DNA of 64,000 nt from a virus: positions 39,541-103,540 of IMG/VR virus record IMGVR_UViG_3300025117_000042; one strand, 5' to 3'. A model generated the notes under the pieces. The model was not told where the DNA came from. It saw only the letters and a program-made list of their open reading frames with translations, and ran no database searches. The position numbers were made by a program, and so were the translations under genes. This document shows, in pieces, positions 8,418-19,900 of the stretch; the stretch's first letter is position 1, and the number at the start of each line of letters is the position of its first letter.

Positions 8418-11400
8418 ATGGATCAGAACAATCTGGTTTTTAAATTTAAGTCACACGATGTTAATAATAGTGCTTTAGAGAGTATCCGTAAGCACATTGA
8501 ACAGATTGCGAATGAACATAAGGGTATCCCTAAATCAGCTGAAGAGTGGAACAAACTTCTAATATCACAAAAAGAACACTCAAAAGAGCTGGCATCTCAA
8601 ATTGATAATATTAAGACTAAGCTGCATGAGATACAAGTTCAGTCTAATATATCATCGAATGAAACAACCAACTCCCTACAAAAAGAAATAAATCTATTAG
8701 AGAGAAGGCTTAAGCTTCGCCAGAAGGATTATGTAGAGTCCAGGCAAGCTGCTAATGCCATAGATAGCTTGATGCAACAACAGCATGCTATACCTGCAAA
8801 AATGCTTCCAGCTATACTTGGTGGTGGTAGAACTCAATCTGGAGGAGGAACAGCACAACCTAGCACTCCCCACCTTCCTGCCGAGAAAAAGCCTATATTG
8901 CCTGAACAAGCTGCAAAGCATATGGGTGACTTTGCTAAAGGTGGGGCTGAAGCTCTGGCTCATGGTGTTACAGGAGCACTTATGGGAACTATTACAAGAG
9001 TAATAGCCTCAGCTACTAACCCTGTAACCCTTGCTGCTGCTGTTGTAGGTGCTGTTGCCTTTGGTGCTAAAAAAACGATGGATTGGGGCTGGGAAAAAGC
9101 AGCTCCTGCCAGAGAATATGTAACTCAGTCACAGAAAATGTCATACAGATACAGGCTAGGTGAGGATCTTTCTGACTACACCACAAAGAACAATCCAGGT
9201 GCTGCTGGCTTGTATTCTGATAAAGAGCTTATGGAGGAGATGTATCCAGCTATAGGTGGAGCAACAGGCTCTACCTACCTGGAAGGTGCCAATAAAAATA
9301 AATACTTACCTTATCTTGCAAAGTACACCAGGGAACAGGGGATGAGCTTCGGGGAAACAGCTCAGAATCTGCAAATAGGTATGCGTGGCGGCATGATCCT
9401 GCCTTCAGGTGAAGGGACTACTGAATCTCTGGCTGTTCTTACTAACGCTATGACTTCAGGGGCTAAACTTGGATTCGATAGGTCTGAACGAGTAGGACAG
9501 CTACAGAAGGTTATCCAGCTTGGTAACAGGGATCTAGGGGCGATCTACAAAGACACCGGTAAAAATATGGTGGCTGAATTGAGAGCCTTCGAACGTGCCG
9601 GTATGCGTGGTGTTACAGGCGATCGCGCTTTAGATATGTTAGCTAATACAAAAGGCATGGTTTCTAATATGCCTATTCAGCGATATGCTAGCATGCAGAT
9701 GATGGGCCTACTTCCTGATATGGAGGAAGAAGCTATTAAAAATCTTGCTGACACTCATGGTGGTGATATGAAAACAGCAAGAGAAACTTATAAAGGCATG
9801 ACTCCAGCACAACAGATGCAGTTACAGCGACAGACTCTGCTTACAAGCTCTGAATCTTTGCCAGCAATGAGTAAGCTGATAAAGCAATTTGAAGGTAGAG
9901 AAGGTATGCTTGGCATGATGTTGAAAGGTGGAGAGCTTACTGATAAAGAGCAGACTCAGTGGACTGATTTTGTTATGGGAGTAAAACAAGGAAAGTTCAA
10001 TAAGGAAGCTCTATCTGCTGTCTTAGGTGAGCAAGACAAGATGCCAAAGGATCACATAGCTCATAACGAAAAAGCCAGACAGTCAGAACAAGCTAAGATG
10101 ATGGAAGATCAGGTAAAACTGCGTGGTGCTCTGATAGCTCTGGATAAAACGATTGATATGCAGATTGGTAAATTGAACCTGGAAATGAAAGCTCTAAATG
10201 CTTTCTTTGGTAATTCAGGTTTGACTAATACAGAACAACCTAAAGGACAACGCAAACCTTTTGAGGAGAAGACACCTATAGGAAGGTTCTTTAACAGGGT
10301 GGAGAATGCTGCTGAAAAGCCTTTCTTCAACTTCCTGGGGGATACTGCGAAAGGTGCTGCTACAAGTGTCAAAGAAGCAGCACAAGCTACGTATCCAAAA
10401 GAATTCAAAGCCTTGTCGAGTATGGGGAAATGGATATCCAAACGATGGGCGGCAGCTCAAGGCACAGTATCAGAGGCACATGCAGCTAATCCCTCTGTTC
10501 CTAAAGCTCTTATCAATGCTGTTATAAGGGCTGAAAGTGAATACAATCCTAAAGCAGTGTCCAGTGCAGGAGCACAAGGCATGATGCAGCTGATGCCAGC
10601 TACTGCCAGGGGTTTGAACGTAAAGAATCCTTTCGATCCTGAGCAAAACATACATGGCGGTACAAAGCACTTAGCTTATCTATTAGAGAAGTATAACGGT
10701 GATATGGAGAAAGCTGTAGCTGCTTATAATGCCGGTGAAGGTACAGTCAATAAGGCTATTAAGAAAGGAAAGCCTTTACCACAAGAAACACAGGACTATG
10801 TACCTAAAGTAATGAAGTACTATGAGGAAGAGAAACAGCGTGAAGCTAACTCTGAGATACAGACAACTTTAAATAAAGGCATGTCTACTCATGGCTCTAA
10901 GAAAGACAAAGAGTTTGCTGATGAGTTTAATACTAAGCAAATTAAACGTAATAAGGTAGTAGAAGAGTCTAAAGAGAGCACAACAAACAAATCGTTGGAT
11001 GTAACAAATAAAAGTAACAGTGTATCTCTTATGTCTTCTCATGTATCATCTGTTAATATGCGTACTGATAATAAAAGTCAGTCAAGTACTCATAGCACAT
11101 CAGATGTTCCTGTAAGAGACAGTAAGAAAGAAGTCATCAAAGAGAAGAGCATAGAGAAACACTTAGCACCAAAGCAAAATGTATTAGAAAAACAAATGTC
11201 TTCTCATAAGGCAACTCAGGATAAGATAGAGAAGATATATAATAAAGAGACAGTGTTGAAAGAGAAACAGATCGAAAAAGAGCAAAAAAATACTGTACGT
11301 CTTGCTGAGGAGCGTGACAATACCAGATCCAACTCAACCGGTACTTCTGCTTCTGGAGTCAATGTGAACTCAGTACATGTTGACGTTCCAGGCTTTACTA

Positions 11401-11483
11401 TTACACAACAGGGTAGGGATGAGATGAAGAAGACTTTCGAACATCATCTTGTACCTCTGCCTAAATCCAACGGGAAGAGATAA
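8418..11483 (+). CDS. Tape measure protein with lytic transglycosylase (SLT) domain
   Basis: Helical Ala/Gly/Met-rich body. SLT motifs AVIRAES.YNP.AVS.AGAQGMMQLMP, AAYNAG and ETQDYV at ~10500-10820. Confidence 0.9.
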   Translation: MDQNNLVFKFKSHDVNNSALESIRKHIEQIANEHKGIPKSAEEWNKLLISQKEHSKELASQIDNIKTKLHEIQVQSNISSNETTNSLQKEINLLERRLKLRQKDYVESRQAANAIDSLMQQQHAIPAKMLPAILGGGRTQSGGGTAQPSTPHLPAEKKPILPEQAAKHMGDFAKGGAEALAHGVTGALMGTITRVIASATNPVTLAAAVVGAVAFGAKKTMDWGWEKAAPAREYVTQSQKMSYRYRLGEDLSDYTTKNNPGAAGLYSDKELMEEMYPAIGGATGSTYLEGANKNKYLPYLAKYTREQGMSFGETAQNLQIGMRGGMILPSGEGTTESLAVLTNAMTSGAKLGFDRSERVGQLQKVIQLGNRDLGAIYKDTGKNMVAELRAFERAGMRGVTGDRALDMLANTKGMVSNMPIQRYASMQMMGLLPDMEEEAIKNLADTHGGDMKTARETYKGMTPAQQMQLQRQTLLTSSESLPAMSKLIKQFEGREGMLGMMLKGGELTDKEQTQWTDFVMGVKQGKFNKEALSAVLGEQDKMPKDHIAHNEKARQSEQAKMMEDQVKLRGALIALDKTIDMQIGKLNLEMKALNAFFGNSGLTNTEQPKGQRKPFEEKTPIGRFFNRVENAAEKPFFNFLGDTAKGAATSVKEAAQATYPKEFKALSSMGKWISKRWAAAQGTVSEAHAANPSVPKALINAVIRAESEYNPKAVSSAGAQGMMQLMPATARGLNVKNPFDPEQNIHGGTKHLAYLLEKYNGDMEKAVAAYNAGEGTVNKAIKKGKPLPQETQDYVPKVMKYYEEEKQREANSEIQTTLNKGMSTHGSKKDKEFADEFNTKQIKRNKVVEESKESTTNKSLDVTNKSNSVSLMSSHVSSVNMRTDNKSQSSTHSTSDVPVRDSKKEVIKEKSIEKHLAPKQNVLEKQMSSHKATQDKIEKIYNKETVLKEKQIEKEQKNTVRLAEERDNTRSNSTGTSASGVNVNSVHVDVPGFTITQQGRDEMKKTFEHHLVPLPKSNGKR

Positions 11484-11485
11484 CC

Positions 11486-13057
11486 ATGCAATTAGGGGTA
11501 ATGGTAGACATATACAGGCTTAACGGCAGCTGTCCTTATAATATGCATGATTGGTTTGAGTTTGGGGCAACTAACCCTACTTCAGCCTTTGTGTCTATTA
11601 AAATAGATAGAGCTATCAATACACCTCTGTTCAGTGCTTCCCTGGTTCTCAAGCCTATGAAGGATGCTCAAGGTAAAACATGGGCTGATCTAATACAACT
11701 TATGGATGTGGTGGTAGTAACTGTACGGCAAAGTATAGATAGAGAGGTAGTCGAAAGGATCAAATTCTTCGGGTTCGTTATGGATATCATAGAGGATGAA
11801 TCGTGGGATATACACATGGGCAAGGGTAACATCGTCTTACAGTGTCAAGCCTATCCATTCCTGACAAATCCGCTACTTGCTTTTGATAATATGTCCGATC
11901 CGATGGCTGCTGGTATAGGGGTGAAAACTCGCATTTGGGAAAGCCTCGCTCCCTTGGAGGACAAGCCTTCTCTGTCGATGGGTAAGATCATTGATAACGG
12001 TCTGTACGAGCTTCTGAAGCCGATCAAGCTGGATGGCAATCCCATTGGTGACTATCTTCACTATGTCTTTGAGACTTGTTCTAATATATTACCTTTCACA
12101 TACACAATGGCGCACTCTTATATTACAGATGCCATGATGTATGATTTCTGGTCGGCACTATCAAAGCTTGCAGAGATACAGGGTGAGGCTGGCTGGCTGC
12201 ATGAGATGTTTCTGGATATAGTTGATGACGAGCAGATGAACAACATGTCCGGTGATGCGGTAGGCCCAATGGTAGCTATCCCTGGTACGGCTAGGGAAAA
12301 CTTTTATCTTACATTGGTGTGCCGAGAAAATCCTTTTCCTACATTCACAACAGGAAATGCTGGATTGAAGGACATAGACTTCATTTCTCTACCTGGGGGA
12401 GGAGTTTCTTACGATAGCTCCAGGTGGGATGACCTTCTGGTGAATACCTTAAGAGGAAATCCCATTGCTTTTCAGTCATGTAAGAGTGCAAATCTATTAA
12501 AGACTATATTCACCATTGACATGGAAGTCGATCCTACAAGGTGGTGGAGCTGGAACCTCCCTACGATTGTAGATGTGCTGGGGTACACTCGCATAGGGTA
12601 TAACTCCTTGAACATACTCACATCTTATGCAAGGTGTAGATCTGGTTTAACTTCAGGTTCTATCATTGAGAAGGACGAAACTCTATTAAACATCATCCAG
12701 CTCAACTTGAGGAATGCCAGCTACAATGCCTGTATGGATCTTTACAAGCAAGCTACTCTGGTGATACCTCTGGATATCTCTGTAGGATTGGGTGAGCTGT
12801 ACTTTCTGCCACAAGATATAACTGGTAAAAAAGATCAGACTTATTACATTAACAGAATATCTGATATTATTACTACAGAAGGCATAAGTAGTACGACGAT
12901 GACATTGACCAGGGGAATGTATGACTCCGAACACGACAGTTTAGAAACAGCTATTTCTAATAGATTAGCTTTCGCTAGAACTGTTGATATTCAGAAGAGG
13001 CTGGACAATCTGCCAGCTCCAATAAAAGATGGATACTTAAAGGGGTTAGCACAATAA
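11486..13057 (+). CDS. Baseplate hub protein (putative)
   Basis: Position after the tape measure; C-terminal YYI..I....TT.TLTRG hub pattern. Confidence 0.65.
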   Translation: MQLGVMVDIYRLNGSCPYNMHDWFEFGATNPTSAFVSIKIDRAINTPLFSASLVLKPMKDAQGKTWADLIQLMDVVVVTVRQSIDREVVERIKFFGFVMDIIEDESWDIHMGKGNIVLQCQAYPFLTNPLLAFDNMSDPMAAGIGVKTRIWESLAPLEDKPSLSMGKIIDNGLYELLKPIKLDGNPIGDYLHYVFETCSNILPFTYTMAHSYITDAMMYDFWSALSKLAEIQGEAGWLHEMFLDIVDDEQMNNMSGDAVGPMVAIPGTARENFYLTLVCRENPFPTFTTGNAGLKDIDFISLPGGGVSYDSSRWDDLLVNTLRGNPIAFQSCKSANLLKTIFTIDMEVDPTRWWSWNLPTIVDVLGYTRIGYNSLNILTSYARCRSGLTSGSIIEKDETLLNIIQLNLRNASYNACMDLYKQATLVIPLDISVGLGELYFLPQDITGKKDQTYYINRISDIITTEGISSTTMTLTRGMYDSEHDSLETAISNRLAFARTVDIQKRLDNLPAPIKDGYLKGLAQ

Positions 13058-13962
13058 TGCAAGCATTCATAGCAAGAGTAGTCAGTAACGATGAATATCC
13101 TGATGAAGACTGTATCGACGTAGTATTTATCAGGGAATCAATGATGAAAGCTAAGGTTCATGTATTACATGATCGAGCTAATCCTTTGTATGGCAGGAGT
13201 GGGTACTTACCAGACGTAGGAGAGACAGGCATTGTTATCAGAGTGTCTGACTTTGGTGATACCTACTACTGGCTAGGTAGTTTCCATGATCCTTGTGATA
13301 ATATATGTACCAAGAATACTTTTGAAGTAGGTAGAGACTTGTACCATCATCAATCAGATGTTTGGCATCAGATACTGAAGGATGGCACAGTTGAATTCTC
13401 ACATCCCTCTGGTACATTCATAAAACTTGGTTCAGGCACTACGCTGAATAGCAGGACTAGGTTTCAGAAATTGCCTAAATTGTACAATCAGAAAGCAGAA
13501 AACCCATATCCGAACAGGGGCGAAACTCCTGTAGCTCTGACTATCAACCATACTTGGCTGAACGGTGGAGCTAGTCAGCAAACATATGCAATAGACAAAC
13601 GTAAACAGCACCATACTGGTGATATTAAAACTACAAAACTTATATTAGATGCTTTCGGTGGCATCACGCTTGACCATGAGACAGCAACCGGAACTCACAT
13701 GACGCTGACCATAGATAATGCTGGCAACGTTGCTGCCTGTGCTCCTACATTCAATTTCTCCGGTATAGGTGGACAAACAGCTGTAACTATCAACGGTACG
13801 CTGCATACAACTAATAATATACTCTGTGATACTAACATAAAGGCTGTAGCTGAAGTGTATGATATGAACGGATCACAACCTACTTTCTGTATGTCTGGAA
13901 TGAGAGCCGTTTATAACCTACATCAACATGCTGATTCACCGCCACCTTCGCCTTCAATGTAG
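13057..13962 (+). CDS. Baseplate central spike (gpV/gp5-like)
   Basis: N-terminal OB-fold LP.VGE.G.V; beta-helix repeats; terminal YNLHQH (HxH metal-binding tip). Confidence 0.8.
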   Translation: MQAFIARVVSNDEYPDEDCIDVVFIRESMMKAKVHVLHDRANPLYGRSGYLPDVGETGIVIRVSDFGDTYYWLGSFHDPCDNICTKNTFEVGRDLYHHQSDVWHQILKDGTVEFSHPSGTFIKLGSGTTLNSRTRFQKLPKLYNQKAENPYPNRGETPVALTINHTWLNGGASQQTYAIDKRKQHHTGDIKTTKLILDAFGGITLDHETATGTHMTLTIDNAGNVAACAPTFNFSGIGGQTAVTINGTLHTTNNILCDTNIKAVAEVYDMNGSQPTFCMSGMRAVYNLHQHADSPPPSPSM

Positions 13963-14008
13963 ATGATTCACAGGAATTGAGTTAATATCAATAAAGAGGG
14001 TTTATATT

Positions 14009-15103
14009 ATGGCTGGTTCTCAGGCTAAACAAACAATCACGTTCATGGTTACTGATTCTGGTGGATCACCTATGGGAAGCTGGGATTCACGCATTTCCGC
14101 ATCCAGTAAACCCTCATACACTTTTAATATAAATCCTACCGATCTAATCAGAAATCAGCCGATGCGTAGCGAGGTCACTCCTAGTATCTGTTTTGACGCA
14201 GATACAAGCCCTACAGGTCTTGTTCAAACTTGGGGTGAGGGGTTGCCTACCTGGACTATCCGAGGGCATACAGGGTACAGCCAAGGCGCACAGGGGGTCG
14301 ATGGCTTTCAAGCTTATGTTGCGCTGTATCAAATGTTCGAAGCTTACGCAAAGCAGAACGTTCTTCTATTAAAAGATAACAAGCCACCTTGCCAGATGAT
14401 CTTTATCAATTGGGCAGACACGTTTCAGGATTGGTGGTTCGTGGAGCCTACTAAGATCCCCGATAAGATACGTTCCTGCGATAGGCCATTGTATTATTTC
14501 TATGATATAAACCTTGTCGGTGTGAAGCCTTACGCTAATGTTATGAAGGTAACAGACGCCATTTCGACTACAGTAAATAGGCCGGATATCCGCTTGCCGA
14601 AAGTCGCAGCATCTATCAAAGCACAGAAGGAATCTCTTGATGCTTTCGGAGACAAGATGTATGCCAGTTCCCTGGAAGCAGGAGGGCTGAACTCATACAT
14701 AGGGTCTATTATAAATCCAAATTCGATCACTGATTTCCCGACAAAGATCAGAAACGCTTACGCTGATATCAAAGACAGAGTTGAACAGATTCTGTATAAA
14801 AACACAATCTTTACTAATATACAGAAGGCTGTGTACATAGCTCAGACCACTATCAATGTAATAAACAACGCAATCAATGACATAAAGACAACTGTAAAGA
14901 CTGTACTGTCTCCTCTGTACGGTCTTGTTAACGTCTATAAGCAGCTTAAATGTGCACTTATGACTTTAATCACGCTTCCGATTGACTTGGTATCTTCTTC
15001 TATTAACAGTATTAAACAGCTTATTGCTAGTCTCAAGGCAAGCGGTTGTGGTACTACCATCACCTCTGACAATACTAAAATTGGTTTTAACTCAATCAAG
15101 TAA
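14009..15103 (+). CDS. Baseplate/tube initiator protein (putative)
   Basis: F.INP...I.G.TG and PL.Y.Y.I.L pattern; synteny. Confidence 0.55.
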   Translation: MAGSQAKQTITFMVTDSGGSPMGSWDSRISASSKPSYTFNINPTDLIRNQPMRSEVTPSICFDADTSPTGLVQTWGEGLPTWTIRGHTGYSQGAQGVDGFQAYVALYQMFEAYAKQNVLLLKDNKPPCQMIFINWADTFQDWWFVEPTKIPDKIRSCDRPLYYFYDINLVGVKPYANVMKVTDAISTTVNRPDIRLPKVAASIKAQKESLDAFGDKMYASSLEAGGLNSYIGSIINPNSITDFPTKIRNAYADIKDRVEQILYKNTIFTNIQKAVYIAQTTINVINNAINDIKTTVKTVLSPLYGLVNVYKQLKCALMTLITLPIDLVSSSINSIKQLIASLKASGCGTTITSDNTKIGFNSIK

Positions 15104-15118
15104 CGAGGAATATATACT

Positions 15119-15778
15119 GTGATAAAGAAGTACATTATACAAGAGAATGACACACTCAGGGATATAGCAAAGAGATTCTATGCCAATCCCAATATGTGGG
15201 TAAAGCTGGCAATAGATAACAATCTTGAGTATCCTTATGTCGGCAGAATCGGGGAAGGATACAATGGCAAGGTGCTGTATCCTGGTGATAGTATCATGCT
15301 CTCTTTCACCAACGATGAGAGTGAGAGCATTTACTTCACTGAAAGAAACGTAAGCAATATCAATTACCTGGATATGCTGATGGGTACTGATATAGGCTTG
15401 GTGAACGGTCAACTTGCATTGGTAGGGGGTAATGAAGGTTTTGACTTCTACACTGTCAAAGGATCATTCAATATAAAACAAGCAATCCAGCATAAATTCA
15501 AAGTTATAAAGGGTGGACTATTCTATTATCCTGATTACGGAACCAAACTGCCAACTTACATAGGCAATATCACTGATATGGATGCAATAGAAATGGTAAA
15601 AGCTGAGGCAGCTCGTACCATACTGGAGGATCTTAGGGTAGAGTCTTTGTCTTCTATTCAAGCTGAGTATGATGGACATGATTCTATTACAATATCGGCA
15701 GGATTACAGCTGGTGGGTAACTTTGTAACATCAATTGCTATTAAAATAGATGGTCAGAACTCAGTAATAATCCAATAG
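15119..15778 (+). CDS. LysM + gp25/W-like baseplate wedge (sheath initiator)
   Basis: N-terminal LysM (YII.E.DTL..IA..FY...W..LA..N.L). C-terminal gp25 motif (N..QAI...GG.FYYPDYG...D.RV). Confidence 0.8.
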   Translation: MIKKYIIQENDTLRDIAKRFYANPNMWVKLAIDNNLEYPYVGRIGEGYNGKVLYPGDSIMLSFTNDESESIYFTERNVSNINYLDMLMGTDIGLVNGQLALVGGNEGFDFYTVKGSFNIKQAIQHKFKVIKGGLFYYPDYGTKLPTYIGNITDMDAIEMVKAEAARTILEDLRVESLSSIQAEYDGHDSITISAGLQLVGNFVTSIAIKIDGQNSVIIQ

Positions 15779-15787
15779 GGAGTTAAC

Positions 15788-16894
15788 ATGGCGAACTTTG
15801 AAATAAAAGACTTTGAACTGCTGAAAGCAAGTCTATTAAACTATATTTTTTATTCAGACAACTCTCTCACTGACTTCAACGTAGGGGCGGTTATGCGCTG
15901 CTTGCTTGAGGCAGTAGCTCAGGAGGAGGAAGAAACCTACTTCAGGCTCTGGCAAGGGGTACAAAAAGCTATTCAAGAATCTATCCTGTTCGCATTCAAT
16001 TTTGTACCAACACAGGGTACATATGCATCAGGTATGGTGACATTCGGAAGGGACAACGCAGCTTCCACAGATATAGTCATTCCAGCTGGAACTGTTGTAG
16101 CATCTGCTGCCGGTAACACATATAAGACTCTGGCTGATGCAACAATCGCACTAGGCACCTACTCAATAGATGCTACTGTAATTGCCACAACCTATGGATC
16201 AGCTTACAACATTTTCTCACCAAACACTGTACTCAATATTACAAAACCTATGTATGGTGTCAGTTGGGCCAAAACAGCTTCCACCATAGCTGGAGGTACT
16301 GATACAGAGAGCCAATCATCGTTGTTCTATCGGTTCACTCAATACATTGATTCATTGTCCAGGGGAACTATAGCCGCTATACAGTACGGGGCATCTCTGG
16401 CTGAGCTGGTAGATGCCGGTGGCAACACCACTGAGCGGGTCATCAGGGTAAAAGCATATGACTTCCCTAATAACCTGGGATATGTGGACTGCTACATCGA
16501 CAACGGATCAGGCACAGCTTCCGGTGGTCTGGTTACTAGAGCACAACAGATAATAGATGGATATACAAACAGTGATGGTATACTGGTTGAAGGTTATAAA
16601 GCAGCTGGAGTTAAAGTAGTAGTGTCACCGGTTCAGCCTGTTGCAATAGATATGGTGTTGACATTAAGTGCAGATGATTTCTATGGTGTTAAGCCCTATG
16701 TAGAGTCTGCTGTGAGTTATTACTTTTCAAAATTGGATATAGGACAGCCTGTTAACTATGAAAAGCTGATAGCTGATACGTTCTATTCAAACTCTGGTGT
16801 AAAAGATATTACAATATCCACACCGAATGCTGACATTTCTATTGGAACACATGAAATTGCGATACTTGGGACTTTAACGATAGTAGCTGCCTAA
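15788..16894 (+). CDS. Baseplate J-like wedge protein
   Basis: TDFNVGAVMR, IPAGT.V, GGTDTES, LSRGT..AI and YKAAGV motifs. Confidence 0.9.
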   Translation: MANFEIKDFELLKASLLNYIFYSDNSLTDFNVGAVMRCLLEAVAQEEEETYFRLWQGVQKAIQESILFAFNFVPTQGTYASGMVTFGRDNAASTDIVIPAGTVVASAAGNTYKTLADATIALGTYSIDATVIATTYGSAYNIFSPNTVLNITKPMYGVSWAKTASTIAGGTDTESQSSLFYRFTQYIDSLSRGTIAAIQYGASLAELVDAGGNTTERVIRVKAYDFPNNLGYVDCYIDNGSGTASGGLVTRAQQIIDGYTNSDGILVEGYKAAGVKVVVSPVQPVAIDMVLTLSADDFYGVKPYVESAVSYYFSKLDIGQPVNYEKLIADTFYSNSGVKDITISTPNADISIGTHEIAILGTLTIVAA

Positions 16895-16909
16895 AGGAGA
16901 TAGAAAGCT

Positions 16910-19900
16910 ATGGCTGTATACACACTTCCGATCAACAGGAATAGTACTTGGCAGGGTAATGCAGGGGTTAAGAATGACATTCCCTCAAGAACCACTATCT
17001 ATACCACTGTAAGCCCTTCCAATGACACTTCAGGGGCTACTGACTTTACTAATATAAACACAGCTCTAGCTAACTGCCCACAGAATCAAGTGGTTAAACT
17101 TGCTGCTGGTACGTTCTACACCAATGCTTTTATCAAAGTACCGAGTAATAAAACTCTACGTGGCAACGGGATGGGATCTACTGTATTGCGAGGTGTTGGT
17201 GGTAGCAATATTACGGCTATTGTAGGTTTTGATGGTGGGATGTATCAGGATGCAAACGGTATTAACGTTACTTCAGGTTACACAAAAGGTTCCACTCAAA
17301 TTGTAACTGCTACAGCTACTGGCTGGGCTGTTGGAGATATATTTCTATTAGATGAAATAATGGATGCCGGAGGCGATCCTCCTGTAACTAATACCGGGAG
17401 CAACGGAACGGCTACCTGGAACGCAAGAGATGGAAACCGATGCTTAGGGCAAGTAAACTCAGTAGCTGCTATTAACGGTAATACTATTACTTTGGATGTT
17501 CCTTTACACTGGAACTTTAGCACATCCAGGGTGCCACAGGTTATCAGGTACAACGCTCCAGTAAAATTAGCGGGTATAGAAGCTTTGACGGTAGATAATG
17601 CTGCTGATGCTACCAAACATGAAACAGGTGATCCTGCTAATATAAGTTTACTTGGGTGCTCTAACTGTTGGTGTTTAAACGTAGAATCCAAAAACATCTA
17701 TCAGTGTCACTTTAGGCTCAGGAGGAACTTTAGAACTACTATCAGAGGATGCGCTTTCTATGGGCATCTTGTTAGTGCTTCTAATAGATATGGAGTATGG
17801 CTTGGGCCAGCTGGATCTTGTCTGGTAGAAAACTGTATATCTTATCAGCTGTCTCCTGCTATCACAATGGCCTATGCTATTATGGGCAATGTAATTGGTT
17901 ATAACTGGCTGCACTGGATGGATGGGGAATCTTCCGGTTGGGCTGCAAACTGTATCAGTATCCACGGCGGTCACTGTGCATTTAATCTAATAGAAGGTAA
18001 CATTATTGAAGGTAGGATATCTGCTGATAACGTATGGGGAAGCGGAAGTCATACTGTATACCTTCGTAATAGAGTGTATCTTGATAGCAGAAGATTTCAA
18101 ACAGGTAACTGCGGAGCTTTTGACCTTGAGTTCCAGTATAACAGTCTGTATTACTCAACAATAGGTAATGTCATAGGGCAAGGTTCTGAGGGTTATGTTC
18201 TATTAAATGGGGTAGACATAATTGAAGGCTCAAGAAGTATCTATCGTACTGGTTACGTTTATGATAGTGATAACGGTGCTTCTGGAAATAACCCCAATGT
18301 ATTCACTACACTACTACGACATGGTGATTGGAATATAAAAGACAACGCTGTAATCTGGAATGGTGTTGATTCACATGAGCTTCCAGTTTCACTGTATCTT
18401 ACCGCCAAACCTGCATGGATGGGATCTGCAATATCATTTCCTTCAATTGGGCCTGATGTTACTCCAATGTATCCTACTCCTCCTACTGACAACACTATAT
18501 TTCCATTTACATCTTCAGGAGGTGGTGGTTCTCTACTAAATCTTTATGTTGCTACAACAGGAAGTGATACAGCCGGGAATGGATCAAGCTCTTCACCTTA
18601 TGCATCTCTGTCTAAGGCATGCTCAGTGGCTACAGCTGGTTATACAATCAATGTAGCTGCCGGAAATTATACTGATTACTCTCGTTGTAATATAGTTCCA
18701 GGTGTAAACGTTGTTGGAGCTGGTAAACAGAGTACTATTATAAACTGTCGTGTTGGAACTTCTTCTGACAGTTATTATTTCAATGCCAGAACAAGTGGCT
18801 CTTTAGGACATAACATCTCAGGTATTACCTTCATGGGCGGGACAAGTATAAGCAGCAGATCTTGTTCGGCTGTAGGTAGTTTCTGGAAGCGCAACAACGT
18901 TATATTACATGACTGTGACTTTAAGTACTTTTCAGGCACCAACACAGGCTTCTGTCTTGAGTTCCTGGGTGCTGCATCCTGGTCTGGTGAGGTCAGTGAT
19001 ACCTCTCCTCCTACTATGTGGCAGAGCGGCTGTCAGGTTTATAACTGTAGTTTCATAGGATGTGACTATGCTTCACAGTATACTGCCGCTTTCCGTGGTA
19101 GTGCTCTGAAGGACATGGTAGTTCATGACTGTATCTTTGATGAACGTGGTACAGGTGGTTACGGCATGAAACTGTCTAATCCTGGCTGGCTTAACAACTG
19201 TAAGTTCTATAATAACCAACATTTTGTTGATCCCTTTGGTGGTAGAGATGAGTCATTAAACATAGAATTGTGGAACCTTGTAAATAACTCTGAGATGTAT
19301 GGTTGCCAGTTTACTAACGGTTATATTTCCTTGGTTCGTGGGCAGCTTCTTGGTGGAACAAGATCTTTCTATGTTCATGACAACATACTTACCGATATGA
19401 TTGCCAATGAGTTTGCTGTACCTGAGATGACTGTATATAAAAATATTATCAAAGGGTATGGAACTACATCTAACTACGATAACTGTTCAGGCTTAAGAGT
19501 ATGGAGTCCTTATCCAGCTGTAACATACTTCAGTAACATGATCTTTTGTTACAACCAGTTTTATGATGGTCACACCGGTTCTCCTGCTATAGGATTTACT
19601 AACAACAATGGATCTGTAACTTGTGTTAATGCGCTTATATTCAATAATACATTTAATAATACAGGCCCAGCCTTCGATAACTCTATCTCAAGCTTACAGA
19701 ATTTAAAGTTTTGTAATAATATAGTTACAAGTTGCGCTGGTGGTGTCAACAACAGGGGAGGGCTTGCTGGTGTTGATGTACATAATAACTGCTTTAACTC
19801 TAATAGCTATAACTGGAATCTTGCTGGAGCTTCTGGTCAGAGTATTGTAGCCAATTTAGTGAGTGTAAGTCCTCTGTACGTGGATGCTACAAACAAAAAC